Shown here piece after piece: positions 9,048-16,879 of a stretch of DNA of 38,361 nt. Every line of letters starts with the position of its first letter. Position 1 is the first letter of the stretch. A program made the translations under genes and the position numbers. Source of the stretch: a virus; the IMG/VR virus record IMGVR_UViG_3300024343_000039. One strand, 5' to 3'. The notes under the pieces were generated by a model. It was given only the letters and a program-made list of their open reading frames with translations, was not told where the DNA came from and ran no database searches.

Positions 9048-11534
9048 TTATTTCTGTGAGATGATTTGTCTATTTGTCACTGATCCAGCGACTTTGATTG
9101 AGTTTATCTTGGCCGAACCCTGCGTTCTTGTCAAGATCATGGTTCCTGTATAGCCTCTAATGCCACCAAGTCTGCACCTAATACTAGCCGTTTCGGATTC
9201 TGAAGCGTTTGGTGATGATAATATCTCTCCATTTAGGAATGTAGTGGTGGTTCCAATTGACTCAGCGTTGTCTGGGTCTTCAGAAGCAAACTCAATTAAG
9301 TATTCAGAGCTTTGATTTGGAAGACCCTGCATTGTGATTTGTGCATCAGTGTACCTTTTGCGCTCCATAGTCTGCAAATCATAGCCACGTGTGGTTAGTT
9401 TTGCTAAAACAGGAGAAGATGTCTTTTCGTCATTGATATTCGACACGCTAATACTGTCGTTTTCACTATCAAAAGCCTCCAGTTGGTGCAATCCACCGTT
9501 AGCGGTGACTGCATACAGGTTGTTTCTCACACCTGCGCTTCCAACAATAAGGTCTTCGATCAAGAATCTTGAATCTCCAAAGGTATCTAGCGATTCCCAT
9601 CCACCATTTAAAAAGTTGTACACCAAAATTGAGTTATTTCCGCGAGCGTCATTGATTCCGGGTGCGGAATCCAACGGAACTGCAAGGTAATACCTGTTGT
9701 CGAATAGCATTCCAACTGACTTATTGGACAAGTCCTTGTTGAGCCTGTCAATATATGGCTGGATGTCTTTGGAAATTGGCTCCTCGGCCCCACGAAGGTT
9801 GTAATCGTTTAGGAATTCAACACTGTAAACACCATCGTCGGATAGGAACATCATGGTGTTAGCCCTCATCACTACAGACTTACGAGCCAAACACCCAACC
9901 TCGGAGGTTAGCTCTGTAACGCTGGTGTCCAACAGACTTCCTTGTGTTCCTTTAATCTGATGCAGGCTATTTCTGTTGAGAACGATCAATCGGTCCTCGT
10001 AGAACCCATGCATTCCAACCACATAGTCGGCAGTACCACCGCTAATTCGGAACTGATTTTCAATCTGGTCGAATGTAGTTGTGTCTAAAATGTCGGAAAC
10101 AGCAATCTCGTCGGTGATCTTGCGGTCAGTATAGGTGGCTGCGTTATATGCTCCTGACTGGTCGTAGTAATACGGAACCCACAGGCGGCGTTGGAAGTGA
10201 ATTCCCCAAGGAGCACCCGGCTGGTGCATAAATCCACCACCCACGCTGAACTGACCACCAAACTCAATTTGTTGTGATCCTGTTGCGGTGAAATTGGCTA
10301 CTGGAGCAATAAATTTAATGTTGCTGGTTGAAGCAAATGATACCTGAAAGTCTTTTCCAACAATCGCTGAAAATTCAGGAACGGTGCTTTCATAAACATG
10401 AATTACGTCTCCAGCAAAAACAGTGCTGTTAGAAGTAGTTAGGCTTATAGATACTTCGCCATTTAACGCCGTAATGTTTGGACCAACCCCAGTAAATACC
10501 TGCGGCTGCGTATATGCTCCTCCGGGAGAGAACGTAAAACCATCTGTAATAGTCGCAACATCGACATTGAATGTGACATTCTGAGGTGCGCCAGTAACTG
10601 TTATTTGGAACGTGTCTTGTCCAGTAACTGTTCCAACGGTCTGCGTTCCGTTAGGTGGTGTGCCACCAGTTAGACCAGCAACCGTAATGCTTGTTCCAGT
10701 TACCAACCCATGCTCTCGCATGCGAATGGTGACAATGTTGCCAGCAACGCCAACGGTCCCGTTGTTCTGCACCGCTGAAATGATCGGCCTGCCATTGGGA
10801 TACCATTCCAGTGCCTGTTTGCCATCGCGGAACAGCATCACCTTGTCGAACACCTGAATCATGTCTGTGTCCTCACCTAAGGCAGTTCCAGCAGGATACG
10901 GAATGTTCTCTGGGACGTAAGCAATGTTTGCCTCAACCTGAGCCAAATCAATCTTCTTTGCCACCGTATCCAACGCGACAATCACATACTCCTTGTTGTT
11001 GGTATTTGGGTCGCTGAACAAGCAGGACGCACGAACATTAGCGTTAGCGTTGTCGTTGATCGGCATCTGGGATAATGTGCCAGTGCCAGAGACAGCAGTA
11101 ACTCCAGTAACTGGGAAGCTTAACTGGTTGGCTGAGACATACGTCAGAATCTTGGCTCCGTTATTGTTAGTGCCAGTAAAGGTCAAACCAGCAACTACGG
11201 CATGCCCACTAGAACCAATCTCAAATCCATGATTTGCAGACATGGTGATGGTCACCACGTTAGATGCATATGATGCAGACGAAATAGTCTTTGCAACGTC
11301 AATCAGGTAGAACGGCAACTGCAATGGATCACCACCAACTGTGAGCGCACCAGTCCTAGACACTACCACCTTGCGGGGCTTCCAGTATCCTTCCATGCGT
11401 CCGTTCAGGGACTCGCGCACTTCTCCGGGCTTTAGCTGGTTGAGTTGTAACCGCTGGTTAACGCCAGCAAATCCACGATCTCCATCCTCGGAAATCGAGT
11501 CGTCCATCCCGCCCGTGGACCGAAATTGCGACAT
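9048..11534 (-). CDS. Large tail structural protein, 828 aa (possibly nozzle / tail-tubular-B-like)
   Basis: Size and position. The N-terminus GVNQRLQLNQLKPGEVRESLNGRMEGYWKPRK resembles the conserved N-terminus of podovirus tubular protein B. Contains 2-3 internal repeats of a small beta domain. Confidence 0.4.
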   Translation of the reverse strand: MSQFRSTGGMDDSISEDGDRGFAGVNQRLQLNQLKPGEVRESLNGRMEGYWKPRKVVVSRTGALTVGGDPLQLPFYLIDVAKTISSASYASNVVTITMSANHGFEIGSSGHAVVAGLTFTGTNNNGAKILTYVSANQLSFPVTGVTAVSGTGTLSQMPINDNANANVRASCLFSDPNTNNKEYVIVALDTVAKKIDLAQVEANIAYVPENIPYPAGTALGEDTDMIQVFDKVMLFRDGKQALEWYPNGRPIISAVQNNGTVGVAGNIVTIRMREHGLVTGTSITVAGLTGGTPPNGTQTVGTVTGQDTFQITVTGAPQNVTFNVDVATITDGFTFSPGGAYTQPQVFTGVGPNITALNGEVSISLTTSNSTVFAGDVIHVYESTVPEFSAIVGKDFQVSFASTSNIKFIAPVANFTATGSQQIEFGGQFSVGGGFMHQPGAPWGIHFQRRLWVPYYYDQSGAYNAATYTDRKITDEIAVSDILDTTTFDQIENQFRISGGTADYVVGMHGFYEDRLIVLNRNSLHQIKGTQGSLLDTSVTELTSEVGCLARKSVVMRANTMMFLSDDGVYSVEFLNDYNLRGAEEPISKDIQPYIDRLNKDLSNKSVGMLFDNRYYLAVPLDSAPGINDARGNNSILVYNFLNGGWESLDTFGDSRFLIEDLIVGSAGVRNNLYAVTANGGLHQLEAFDSENDSISVSNINDEKTSSPVLAKLTTRGYDLQTMERKRYTDAQITMQGLPNQSSEYLIEFASEDPDNAESIGTTTTFLNGEILSSPNASESETASIRCRLGGIRGYTGTMILTRTQGSAKINSIKVAGSVTNRQIISQK

Positions 11535-11794
11535 TACGCAAAGTAAACGATCACAACGCCAGAGGTGAGGACAACCTGCGAGAAGTTGCCGCCGATACCC
11601 AACCCAGCAGGGAGCGTGATTGACTGCAACCTAGACGCACCAGAGACATTGCCAGAGGCACTCGCCACGGTCGCTAGCACAGCGTCATTCACAACCTGAA
11701 TCCAGCGGATGTTGCCAGTGTAGGTGGTGGCAGCGGTCGAAAGCACAATGCTTCCACCTTGGCCTTGGAGGTCGTATGCGACAGGAGAGGACAT
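11534..11794 (-). CDS. Hypothetical small structural protein, 86 aa
   Basis: First ORF after the 0.83-kb non-coding region. TAATG overlap with the 828-aa gene. Confidence 0.55.
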   Translation of the reverse strand: MSSPVAYDLQGQGGSIVLSTAATTYTGNIRWIQVVNDAVLATVASASGNVSGASRLQSITLPAGLGIGGNFSQVVLTSGVVIVYFA

Positions 11795-11836
11795 GAATTA
11801 TATAAGGTTAAAACCCGCGCCTTGCAGGCATATCTC

Positions 11837-11865
11837 CAAATGCGGAGGGAATTACCATGCGTCAA
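11837..11865 (-). promoter_or_regulatory. Promoter-like element TTGACG-N17-CATTTG containing TAATTCCCTCC (copy A of a shared element)
   Basis: About 21 of 27 positions are identical to 28142-28170. Both copies lie 40-70 nt upstream of the first gene of a structural block and are preceded by a G5/C5 run. Confidence 0.45.
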
Positions 11866-12284
11866 GGGGGAACTTGTGGGGTTGACAGGGTGCTAGTCAA
11901 CCAACAGCATCCAACCAACAACACCTCCCACGCCTCTCTACGATGCGCACCAAGGGAGGTTGCTTTTTATCCTGTGTAGCTCAGCGGCACCATCAGTCCA
12001 GCGTAAGTAAAGTGCCACCCACGGGTTCGCGTGCCGAGTACCAAACGCTCTTGCAGAGGCGCGGGGTGGTAGTGTCAAGTTGCAGGGGGAACGCTAACTT
12101 GGCAAGTTCCCAGTCGGGAACATTGGGTGGGAATGGATGGGATTGGATGAAGATGTGCGTGATCGGGAATAGGCCCTTTGTACAATTTTTGAAGGGGGGG
12201 TTAATCGTCCCCGCTTTTTTCGTCGTCGGAAATTTCGACCCCCTCCCCCCTACTACTTGTTACAATGTGTATAATGCGGAGTTC

Positions 12285-12329
12285 TGTTCCACGGGATTGC
12301 CCAGCATCTATCGGTGTTCCACGGGATTG
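12285..12329. repeat. Two perfect 15-bp direct repeats TGTTCCACGGGATTG (12285-12299, 12315-12329)
   Basis: Read directly; 30-bp periodicity, within the long non-coding region. Confidence 0.9.
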
Positions 12330-12371
12330 GGTGGTCTCCAATCTGTAATCAACCCGTTAGTTGGTGGTCTC
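12330..12371. repeat. Two copies of GGTGGTCTC (12330-12338, 12363-12371)
   Basis: Read directly; 33-bp spacing. Shares the GGTCTC core with the iteron-like repeats at 14159-14240. Confidence 0.85.
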
Positions 12372-12540
12372 AACACTAGATATGGTGGTGGTGCTCGACC
12401 CTCGCGTGCGTGTTGACGATTCTTTCGCGGAAAGTGCGAACGATTCCCAGCCCTCTGTCCCTTGATTCCTGTCCCAAATCCCTACTTCGCACCAGAATGC
12501 CCTGTATGCTCTTTGCCCTATCATATGGAGTCAGCACCCA

Positions 12541-12577
12541 CAAGAAAGCCCCAGACGCTGTGTGAGCGATTCTGGGG
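12541..12577 (-). terminator. Rho-independent terminator downstream of the DnaB-like gene
   Basis: On the minus strand: CCCCAGA-AT-CGCT-CACAC-AGCG-TCTGGGG followed by CTTTCTTG. Confidence 0.6.
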
Positions 12578-12628
12578 CAATCTAGAGGGTATCTGGCGCG
12601 GTTTGGTGGAGGATGTTGGCTGTAGAGG

Positions 12629-13864
12629 TCAAACAAACTCCTGATATTGGCCATTGAGGCGCAGTGGCAGGACTACATCGCGCCTGCCGTTGCGTAGCTT
12701 GCCCACCTTGAGTCCGTCCTCGGCGATGAACAGGAGAGCGTCAGCGTCCTGCTCGATGGCTCTGGATTCGCGCACCTGATTGTTGTCGTTCAACTGGCTT
12801 GCGCTGATGACCGGGCATTGCAGGTGCTTGGCTAATTGCTTCAATCCTCCAGAGACTCTGGCGACTTCCTCTTCCCGTGACTCTCGGCTTGAGCGTGATC
12901 CTCGGATCAGTTGCAGGTAGTCCACGACCACAAGATCGAGGGAGCCGTGCAGGTCACGGATGCGCTCCGCCTCTGCTGCGATGCTGTCTATGCTCTGGTT
13001 GGAGCTAGAGTCTATCCACAGGGGAGCTGATGAGATCTGCTCAACTCCGCGCTGGATTTTCTGTAGTTCATGCTTGGCTGCGCTGCGGGGCTGAGTGATT
13101 GACCCGTAGTTCGTGTGGGTCATGGTCGAGATTAGCCTTCCGATCACCTCATGCGTCATCATCTCAAGCGAGTGGATTGCGACTGGTCGCTGGTCTGCGA
13201 TAAACTTGCTGGCGATCTGGAGCATGAGCACGCTCTTGCCTCGGCTTGGTTTTCCGGCAATGACCCAAAACTCACCCGGTCGCATGCCACCGCAGATCTC
13301 ATCCAACTCTGCGATGCCCGTGCTCATTCCCGGCAGTCCGCCCGAATTGTAATCCCTCAGCATATTCTCAATGAACTGCTTGCTAGCCTTGTCAGCGTCG
13401 ATGCTGCGCTGCTTCCCGCTCACCACCTGCTGTAGGCTTTGGAGGGTTGTACGGAACGAGGCAATGGCTCCTGCTGCATCATCTGCTGTGGCTATCTCAC
13501 GGGCGGCAGATTGTGCCATCCTGCGTGCTTGGTACTCCTTGAGGGTGGAGACCCACTGCGTCCATCCTGCTGGAGTTGGAGCGTAGCTGTAGCACTCGAC
13601 CACCTGTGATGCTCCACCGATCCTTTCGAGCTTATCTTGGTCGGTTAGATGTTGCACGACAGCGATCAAGTCAAACTGGTTAGCATCGGATGCTGGAAGC
13701 TCTCGGCACACCTGCCACAAGGTCTTGGTGTCGGGGTGGTGGAACGAGTCTGCGCTGAGTCCATCAGCGGCAGCGCGCTTGAGCAAGGATGCGTCCTTGA
13801 GGATGGATGAGATGACTGCCTTCTCGGAAGTGTGAGCGGATGGTATGGTTAGTTCTGTGTTCAT
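12629..13864 (-). CDS. dnaB: DnaB-family replicative helicase, 411 aa from ATG 13864
   Basis: N-terminal EKAVISSILKD DnaB-N pattern, Walker A GKPSRGKS, Walker B VVVDYLQLI. The start was moved to the ATG preceded by the CCAACAGAAC leader. Confidence 0.85.
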   Translation of the reverse strand: MNTELTIPSAHTSEKAVISSILKDASLLKRAAADGLSADSFHHPDTKTLWQVCRELPASDANQFDLIAVVQHLTDQDKLERIGGASQVVECYSYAPTPAGWTQWVSTLKEYQARRMAQSAAREIATADDAAGAIASFRTTLQSLQQVVSGKQRSIDADKASKQFIENMLRDYNSGGLPGMSTGIAELDEICGGMRPGEFWVIAGKPSRGKSVLMLQIASKFIADQRPVAIHSLEMMTHEVIGRLISTMTHTNYGSITQPRSAAKHELQKIQRGVEQISSAPLWIDSSSNQSIDSIAAEAERIRDLHGSLDLVVVDYLQLIRGSRSSRESREEEVARVSGGLKQLAKHLQCPVISASQLNDNNQVRESRAIEQDADALLFIAEDGLKVGKLRNGRRDVVLPLRLNGQYQEFV

Positions 13865-13875
13865 TGTTCTGTTGG

Positions 13876-14478
13876 TTAAATTCCGAATTGGTCGGAGGTC
13901 TGTGGTTTTCCTACTGGCTTGTCCTTGGCCTGCCAAGTCCTTACTGCTGCCTTCCACGATTTCATTGGCGACTTCCCGATCACCCAGCCTTTAGACTCGT
14001 AGTAGTTGATGAACTGCTCGGCCTTGAGGAAGCGTGGAGTGAGGGTCATTCCGTAGGCGTGAACTTCATGGATGGTGGGCTTCTGGAATCTCTTGGGTTG
14101 CTCCCCTTCTTCCCCTGTATGTTCTCTTGACGGTTCTTTAGTAAGGGTAAGTCCTATGGTGGGACCTGTAGAGGTCTCATGGTGGGACTTCTGGGGTCTC
14201 ACTGTGGGACTTGTAGAGGTCTCACTGTGGGACTTCTGGATTTGGTAGATCACCTCGTTTCTACCACGGTGACGCTCGACAAGACCGCTCTTCTCCAGCT
14301 CGTCCAATGCTCGGAATACACTGCTCCTCGCCAACCCCGTCTCGGCGGCGATGGTGTCAATATGTGGCCAAGCTTTACCCTCATCGCTTGCGTTGTCAGC
14401 AAGCTTCAGCAGGACCAGTTTGGCGGCGAGTGACGACACCTGCGTCTTCCAAGCCTGTGATATCATGTGGATGCTCAT
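13876..14478 (-). CDS. Replication initiator / helicase-loader-like protein (N-terminal winged HTH, C-terminal phage replication domain), 200 aa
   Basis: AKLVLLKLADNASDEGKAWPHIDTIAAETGLARSSVFRALDELEKSGLV is HTH_36-like. The C-terminus has FINYYESKGW...KSWKAAVRTWQ. Lies immediately upstream of the DnaB-like gene. Confidence 0.65.
   Translation of the reverse strand: MSIHMISQAWKTQVSSLAAKLVLLKLADNASDEGKAWPHIDTIAAETGLARSSVFRALDELEKSGLVERHRGRNEVIYQIQKSHSETSTSPTVRPQKSHHETSTGPTIGLTLTKEPSREHTGEEGEQPKRFQKPTIHEVHAYGMTLTPRFLKAEQFINYYESKGWVIGKSPMKSWKAAVRTWQAKDKPVGKPQTSDQFGI
14159..14240. repeat. Iteron-like tandem repeats, about 3.5 units of 22-23 bp (GTGGGACYTSTRGRGGTCTCAY) inside the initiator gene
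   Basis: GTGGGAC starts at 14159, 14182, 14204 and 14227. Each full unit contains a small inverted repeat GACCT-N4-AGGTC. Confidence 0.8.
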
Positions 14479-14675
14479 TCCTGCTCGAAATTGTCCTGAA
14501 TGAATTTGATGAAATGCTCTATGGCTCGGCTGCGTGACTTCTCACCTCGGAAGTGTTGTCTTTGCAAGTGTCCTAGTATCTCCCATGCCTCTGGCGACAT
14601 GGTGATACTACGAGCGATGCGGTGCTGTCCTGTTGGTAGTGGTTTGCGACCACGCTTATTCTGGCTCTGGTTCAT
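14475..14675 (-). CDS. Small DNA-binding protein, ribbon-helix-helix-like, 66 aa
   Basis: Basic N-terminus (KRGRKPLP), then the RSITMSPEAWEILGHL strand-helix pattern and a second helix. Confidence 0.45.
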   Translation of the reverse strand: MNQSQNKRGRKPLPTGQHRIARSITMSPEAWEILGHLQRQHFRGEKSRSRAIEHFIKFIQDNFEQE

Positions 14676-14835
14676 TTTTTATATGTTCTGTTAGGTCGCG
14701 GATTGCGAGTTCAAGCAGGTCTATCTCCTGTGTGAGGCGAGGTGTCTTCCCGTGCTTCTCGGCCTTGAGCCTGCGGAAGTACGCTTCCTTGAGTGTGGTG
14801 AGGATCAACCCTCTTGCGGTTAGTTCGTGTGGCAT
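14656..14835 (-). CDS. Unlisted 59-aa ORF (MPHELTARGLILTTLKEAYFRRLKAEKHGKTPRLTQEIDLLELAIRDLTEHIKNEPEPE)
   Basis: Hand translation of a different minus-strand frame from the listed 14711-14932 ORF. Clean amphipathic-helix composition; one residue below the ORF-track cutoff. Confidence 0.4.
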   Translation of the reverse strand: MPHELTARGLILTTLKEAYFRRLKAEKHGKTPRLTQEIDLLELAIRDLTEHIKNEPEPE

Positions 14836-14932
14836 TTGTGTGGCATTTCGGGCAGCTAGGTGACGAACGGAATTCTGAGATTGCTTTCGGAATTCCGCAG
14901 GTCGCGCAGATGCGCCAGTGTATTTGTGTCAT
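14711..14932 (-). CDS. Zinc-ribbon-like small protein, 73 aa (C-terminal half doubtful)
   Basis: N-terminus CATCG...CPKC. The C-terminal half (RKRVDPHHTQGSVLPQAQGREAREDTSPHTGDRPA) is low-complexity and overlaps the better-looking 59-aa frame. Confidence 0.4.
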   Translation of the reverse strand: MTQIHWRICATCGIPKAISEFRSSPSCPKCHTNATRTNRKRVDPHHTQGSVLPQAQGREAREDTSPHTGDRPA

Positions 14933-15363
14933 GGATAATTTCTAGAGTCGTTGTCGTGATCGGGTGAGGTGAATGGGTCTGGATCGTGCGGCCAAGTGGC
15001 GATTCGTTTTAGTCGTTCGTTCTCTGACCTTAGCTCTCGGCACACGCTCGAAAGACGATATTGCTCGCGTGCTTTGTGAAGCGCGTCTTGCAAAAACGAA
15101 TTGCTGTTCAAAAGCCCATCGATTTCAATGTATAGTTCCTTGACATGTTTCTGTGCCTCATCCCGTTCAGTAGCGAGTTGCCTTTGCAGTTTATCACGCT
15201 CGACGATCAACGCATTCTCACGCTGTTGCGTCTCACGCAGGATGCGGCACAGGCTTGTTACACGAATATGTTCTGACGCTGGTCGTCCGCAGCAGCCACA
15301 CTCGTAGTCGGTGTTGGCTACCCAGTCCTGCAAGCAGGTTGGGCATTCGTTGTGGTCGCTCAT
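14929..15363 (-). CDS. Cys-rich N-terminus plus coiled-coil protein, 144 aa
   Basis: CPTC...CGCCG followed by a heptad-like charged region; ATGA-type overlaps on both sides. Confidence 0.55.
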   Translation of the reverse strand: MSDHNECPTCLQDWVANTDYECGCCGRPASEHIRVTSLCRILRETQQRENALIVERDKLQRQLATERDEAQKHVKELYIEIDGLLNSNSFLQDALHKAREQYRLSSVCRELRSENERLKRIATWPHDPDPFTSPDHDNDSRNYP

Positions 15364-15542
15364 TCTTCCACCTCCTCGTCGAAAGAGAAGATTAAATCAA
15401 GCTCTAGCCAGATGCCGTGATTGATGCGCTCGGCAAGCAGGTCTTCGTCGGGTGTATCTGTATACTTGTGGGCGCGATGGTAGCCATACGAGATGCCATC
15501 GTCGATAGCACGCTCAAGCAGTCTTCTTATGTTCGGTTTCAT
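15360..15542 (-). CDS. Hypothetical protein, 60 aa
   Basis: ATG preceded by the CCAACAGAACAAAACA leader. Confidence 0.55.
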   Translation of the reverse strand: MKPNIRRLLERAIDDGISYGYHRAHKYTDTPDEDLLAERINHGIWLELDLIFSFDEEVEE

Positions 15543-15651
15543 TGTTTTGTTCTGTTGGTTGTGGTTGTGGTTTGCGGAATATGTCGTCGTAGTTCTGACC
15601 GTACACGGTCGGGTCCACGGGCCTTGGTGTGTCTCCTTTTCCTGCGCTCAT
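15514..15651 (-). CDS. Possible small ORF, 45 aa (MSAGKGDTPRPVDPTVYGQNYDDIF...)
   Basis: Internal ATG of a listed ORF, positioned right after the stop of the upstream gene (TAACATG). Confidence 0.3.
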   Translation of the reverse strand: MSAGKGDTPRPVDPTVYGQNYDDIFRKPQPQPTEQNNETEHKKTA

Positions 15652-15652
15652 G

Positions 15653-15934
15653 TTAGTGGGTGAGTTCGTAGAGTACGATGATTGCCGCGACGAAGATGCC
15701 GCCAAGCAGTGCCGCGAGTGCCATCGCAAGCCATAGTGGTGGTTCTGGGAGTGGCAGGGGAGCGGGGAGCAGGTGGATGACACCAGCACCGTCCCTTGGG
15801 TCTGATGCATCTGGTGGTAGCACCCAGCCGTTGCCGTCAGGGGTGATAAATGTGCCACCCTTCCAGACTCCTTTGGAGGAGTCTAAGCCAAGAGCAGTAT
15901 GACCGCAGTAGTAGGCGAATGTGTTTGGTTTCAT
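15653..15934 (-). CDS. C-terminally membrane-anchored protein, 93 aa
   Basis: C-terminal hydrophobic stretch LWLAMALAALLGGIFVAAIIVLY. Confidence 0.55.
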   Translation of the reverse strand: MKPNTFAYYCGHTALGLDSSKGVWKGGTFITPDGNGWVLPPDASDPRDGAGVIHLLPAPLPLPEPPLWLAMALAALLGGIFVAAIIVLYELTH

Positions 15935-16149
15935 TAGTAAGAGATTTCAACTCCTTTCCATTCAAGCTTGTCGATGACCTGAGAGACCACAAGGTCACGG
16001 TCGATATTCTCGTCGTAGTGCAACTCCATGACTGCATCGCTGATGCGAGCGATGACGTTGTACGCTGTGTAGTCTGCGCTGTGGTTGATGCCTTTATAGG
16101 CAGCAATGCACAGGTCGATGATTTTCTGTTCTGTTTTGTTTGGTTTCAT
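15934..16149 (-). CDS. Hypothetical protein, 71 aa from ATG 16149
   Basis: Start moved to MKPNKTEQK, which follows an AC-rich leader; the upstream extension overlaps the previous gene. Confidence 0.5.
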   Translation of the reverse strand: MKPNKTEQKIIDLCIAAYKGINHSADYTAYNVIARISDAVMELHYDENIDRDLVVSQVIDKLEWKGVEISY

Positions 16150-16168
16150 GTGTGTGGTTGGTTGATAG

Positions 16169-16879
16169 TTATGCTTTGATTGCTGGCTGGGTAAGTTCAA
16201 AAAGACTCTCGTATGCTTTAGCATAAGCCTTGCTGTTGCGGCGACCACTCAGCTTGGCTACTTTATCAATGACAATGTCCGCTGCCGATTCGGAAATCTT
16301 GCAACCATTACGAATCTGAGAAACGATGCTGTCTACAAACTCATTGCGGCCATCTCCAATGTATTCCCACTGGTGGCTACCAGTCTGAACATGCTGTGGG
16401 TACTCACGATCAAAGATGGCGGCAATGTGAGCGAATGACGCAGCACGCTCCAGTCGTTCTGACTCTTCCGCATCACGGTCGGATTGACGTTCTGCGAGTT
16501 CCCTTGCGACCAATGCCTTGGCAAGCTCAACGGTCTTGGCATACTTGCTGGAGTTCGCTGAGTTCTCGCAAAGCCATACGAGATAGCCAGCATCATGCTC
16601 ACGAACTTCGTGAATAGACTGTCCTGCGTATTTGCCACCTTGCAGAATGCTCCAGTCGATGTCACGACGAGTTCCTATAGGCAGCACTTCAAAGTCTGCG
16701 ACGAGCGGACCAAATGCGCGTGCCTTGGCGATTGCCTCGTCCTTGTCAATGCTCAGGTTGCGGATGTGGTAGTCACGGGTGATTGTCTCTCCTTCAGTAC
16801 CCCATGACTCGTCGAACGAGTGGCGCAGAGTGTAGTAGTTGGACTTGGACCCGGTAGAGATGTAGTAGCGTGAGTTCAT
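16169..16879 (-). CDS. Hypothetical protein with a DUF3820 / ExoX-C-like motif, 236 aa from ATG 16879
   Basis: GGKYAGQSIHEVREHDAGYLVWLCEN resembles the GKYKG...YLxWL motif. The ATG is preceded by CCAACAGAACCA. Confidence 0.45.
   Translation of the reverse strand: MNSRYYISTGSKSNYYTLRHSFDESWGTEGETITRDYHIRNLSIDKDEAIAKARAFGPLVADFEVLPIGTRRDIDWSILQGGKYAGQSIHEVREHDAGYLVWLCENSANSSKYAKTVELAKALVARELAERQSDRDAEESERLERAASFAHIAAIFDREYPQHVQTGSHQWEYIGDGRNEFVDSIVSQIRNGCKISESAADIVIDKVAKLSGRRNSKAYAKAYESLFELTQPAIKA

Noticed and set aside
11971-12040. tRNA-like sequence (TGTAGCTCAGCGG D-loop-like and GGGTTCGCG T-loop-like segments).
   Set aside because: I could not fold a cloverleaf: there is no D-stem closure, no 5-bp T stem and no complementary acceptor strands. 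It is at best a degenerate tRNA fragment.
11943-12416. 157-aa plus-strand ORF, and the 92-aa minus ORF at 12376-12654, in the long non-coding region.
   Set aside because: The translations are Gly/Cys/Arg-rich and run through homopolymer tracts and direct repeats. The minus ORF overlaps the end of the DnaB-like gene and the terminator. There is no coding-like character.
14159-14240. Tandem 22-23-bp repeats as a possible CRISPR array.
   Set aside because: The units are contiguous with no spacers, lie inside a coding frame and number only about 3.5. They are iteron-like, not CRISPR.
15514-16106. Overlapping listed minus ORFs 15514-15858 and 15837-16106, and the N-terminal extensions of several listed ORFs (for example 21188-21574, 22163-22579, 21435-22226, 12629-13957).
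   Set aside because: The extensions overlap upstream genes, start at non-ATG codons or have Arg/Ser/Cys-rich composition. Internal ATGs with ATGA coupling or the AC-rich leader give consistent gene boundaries.
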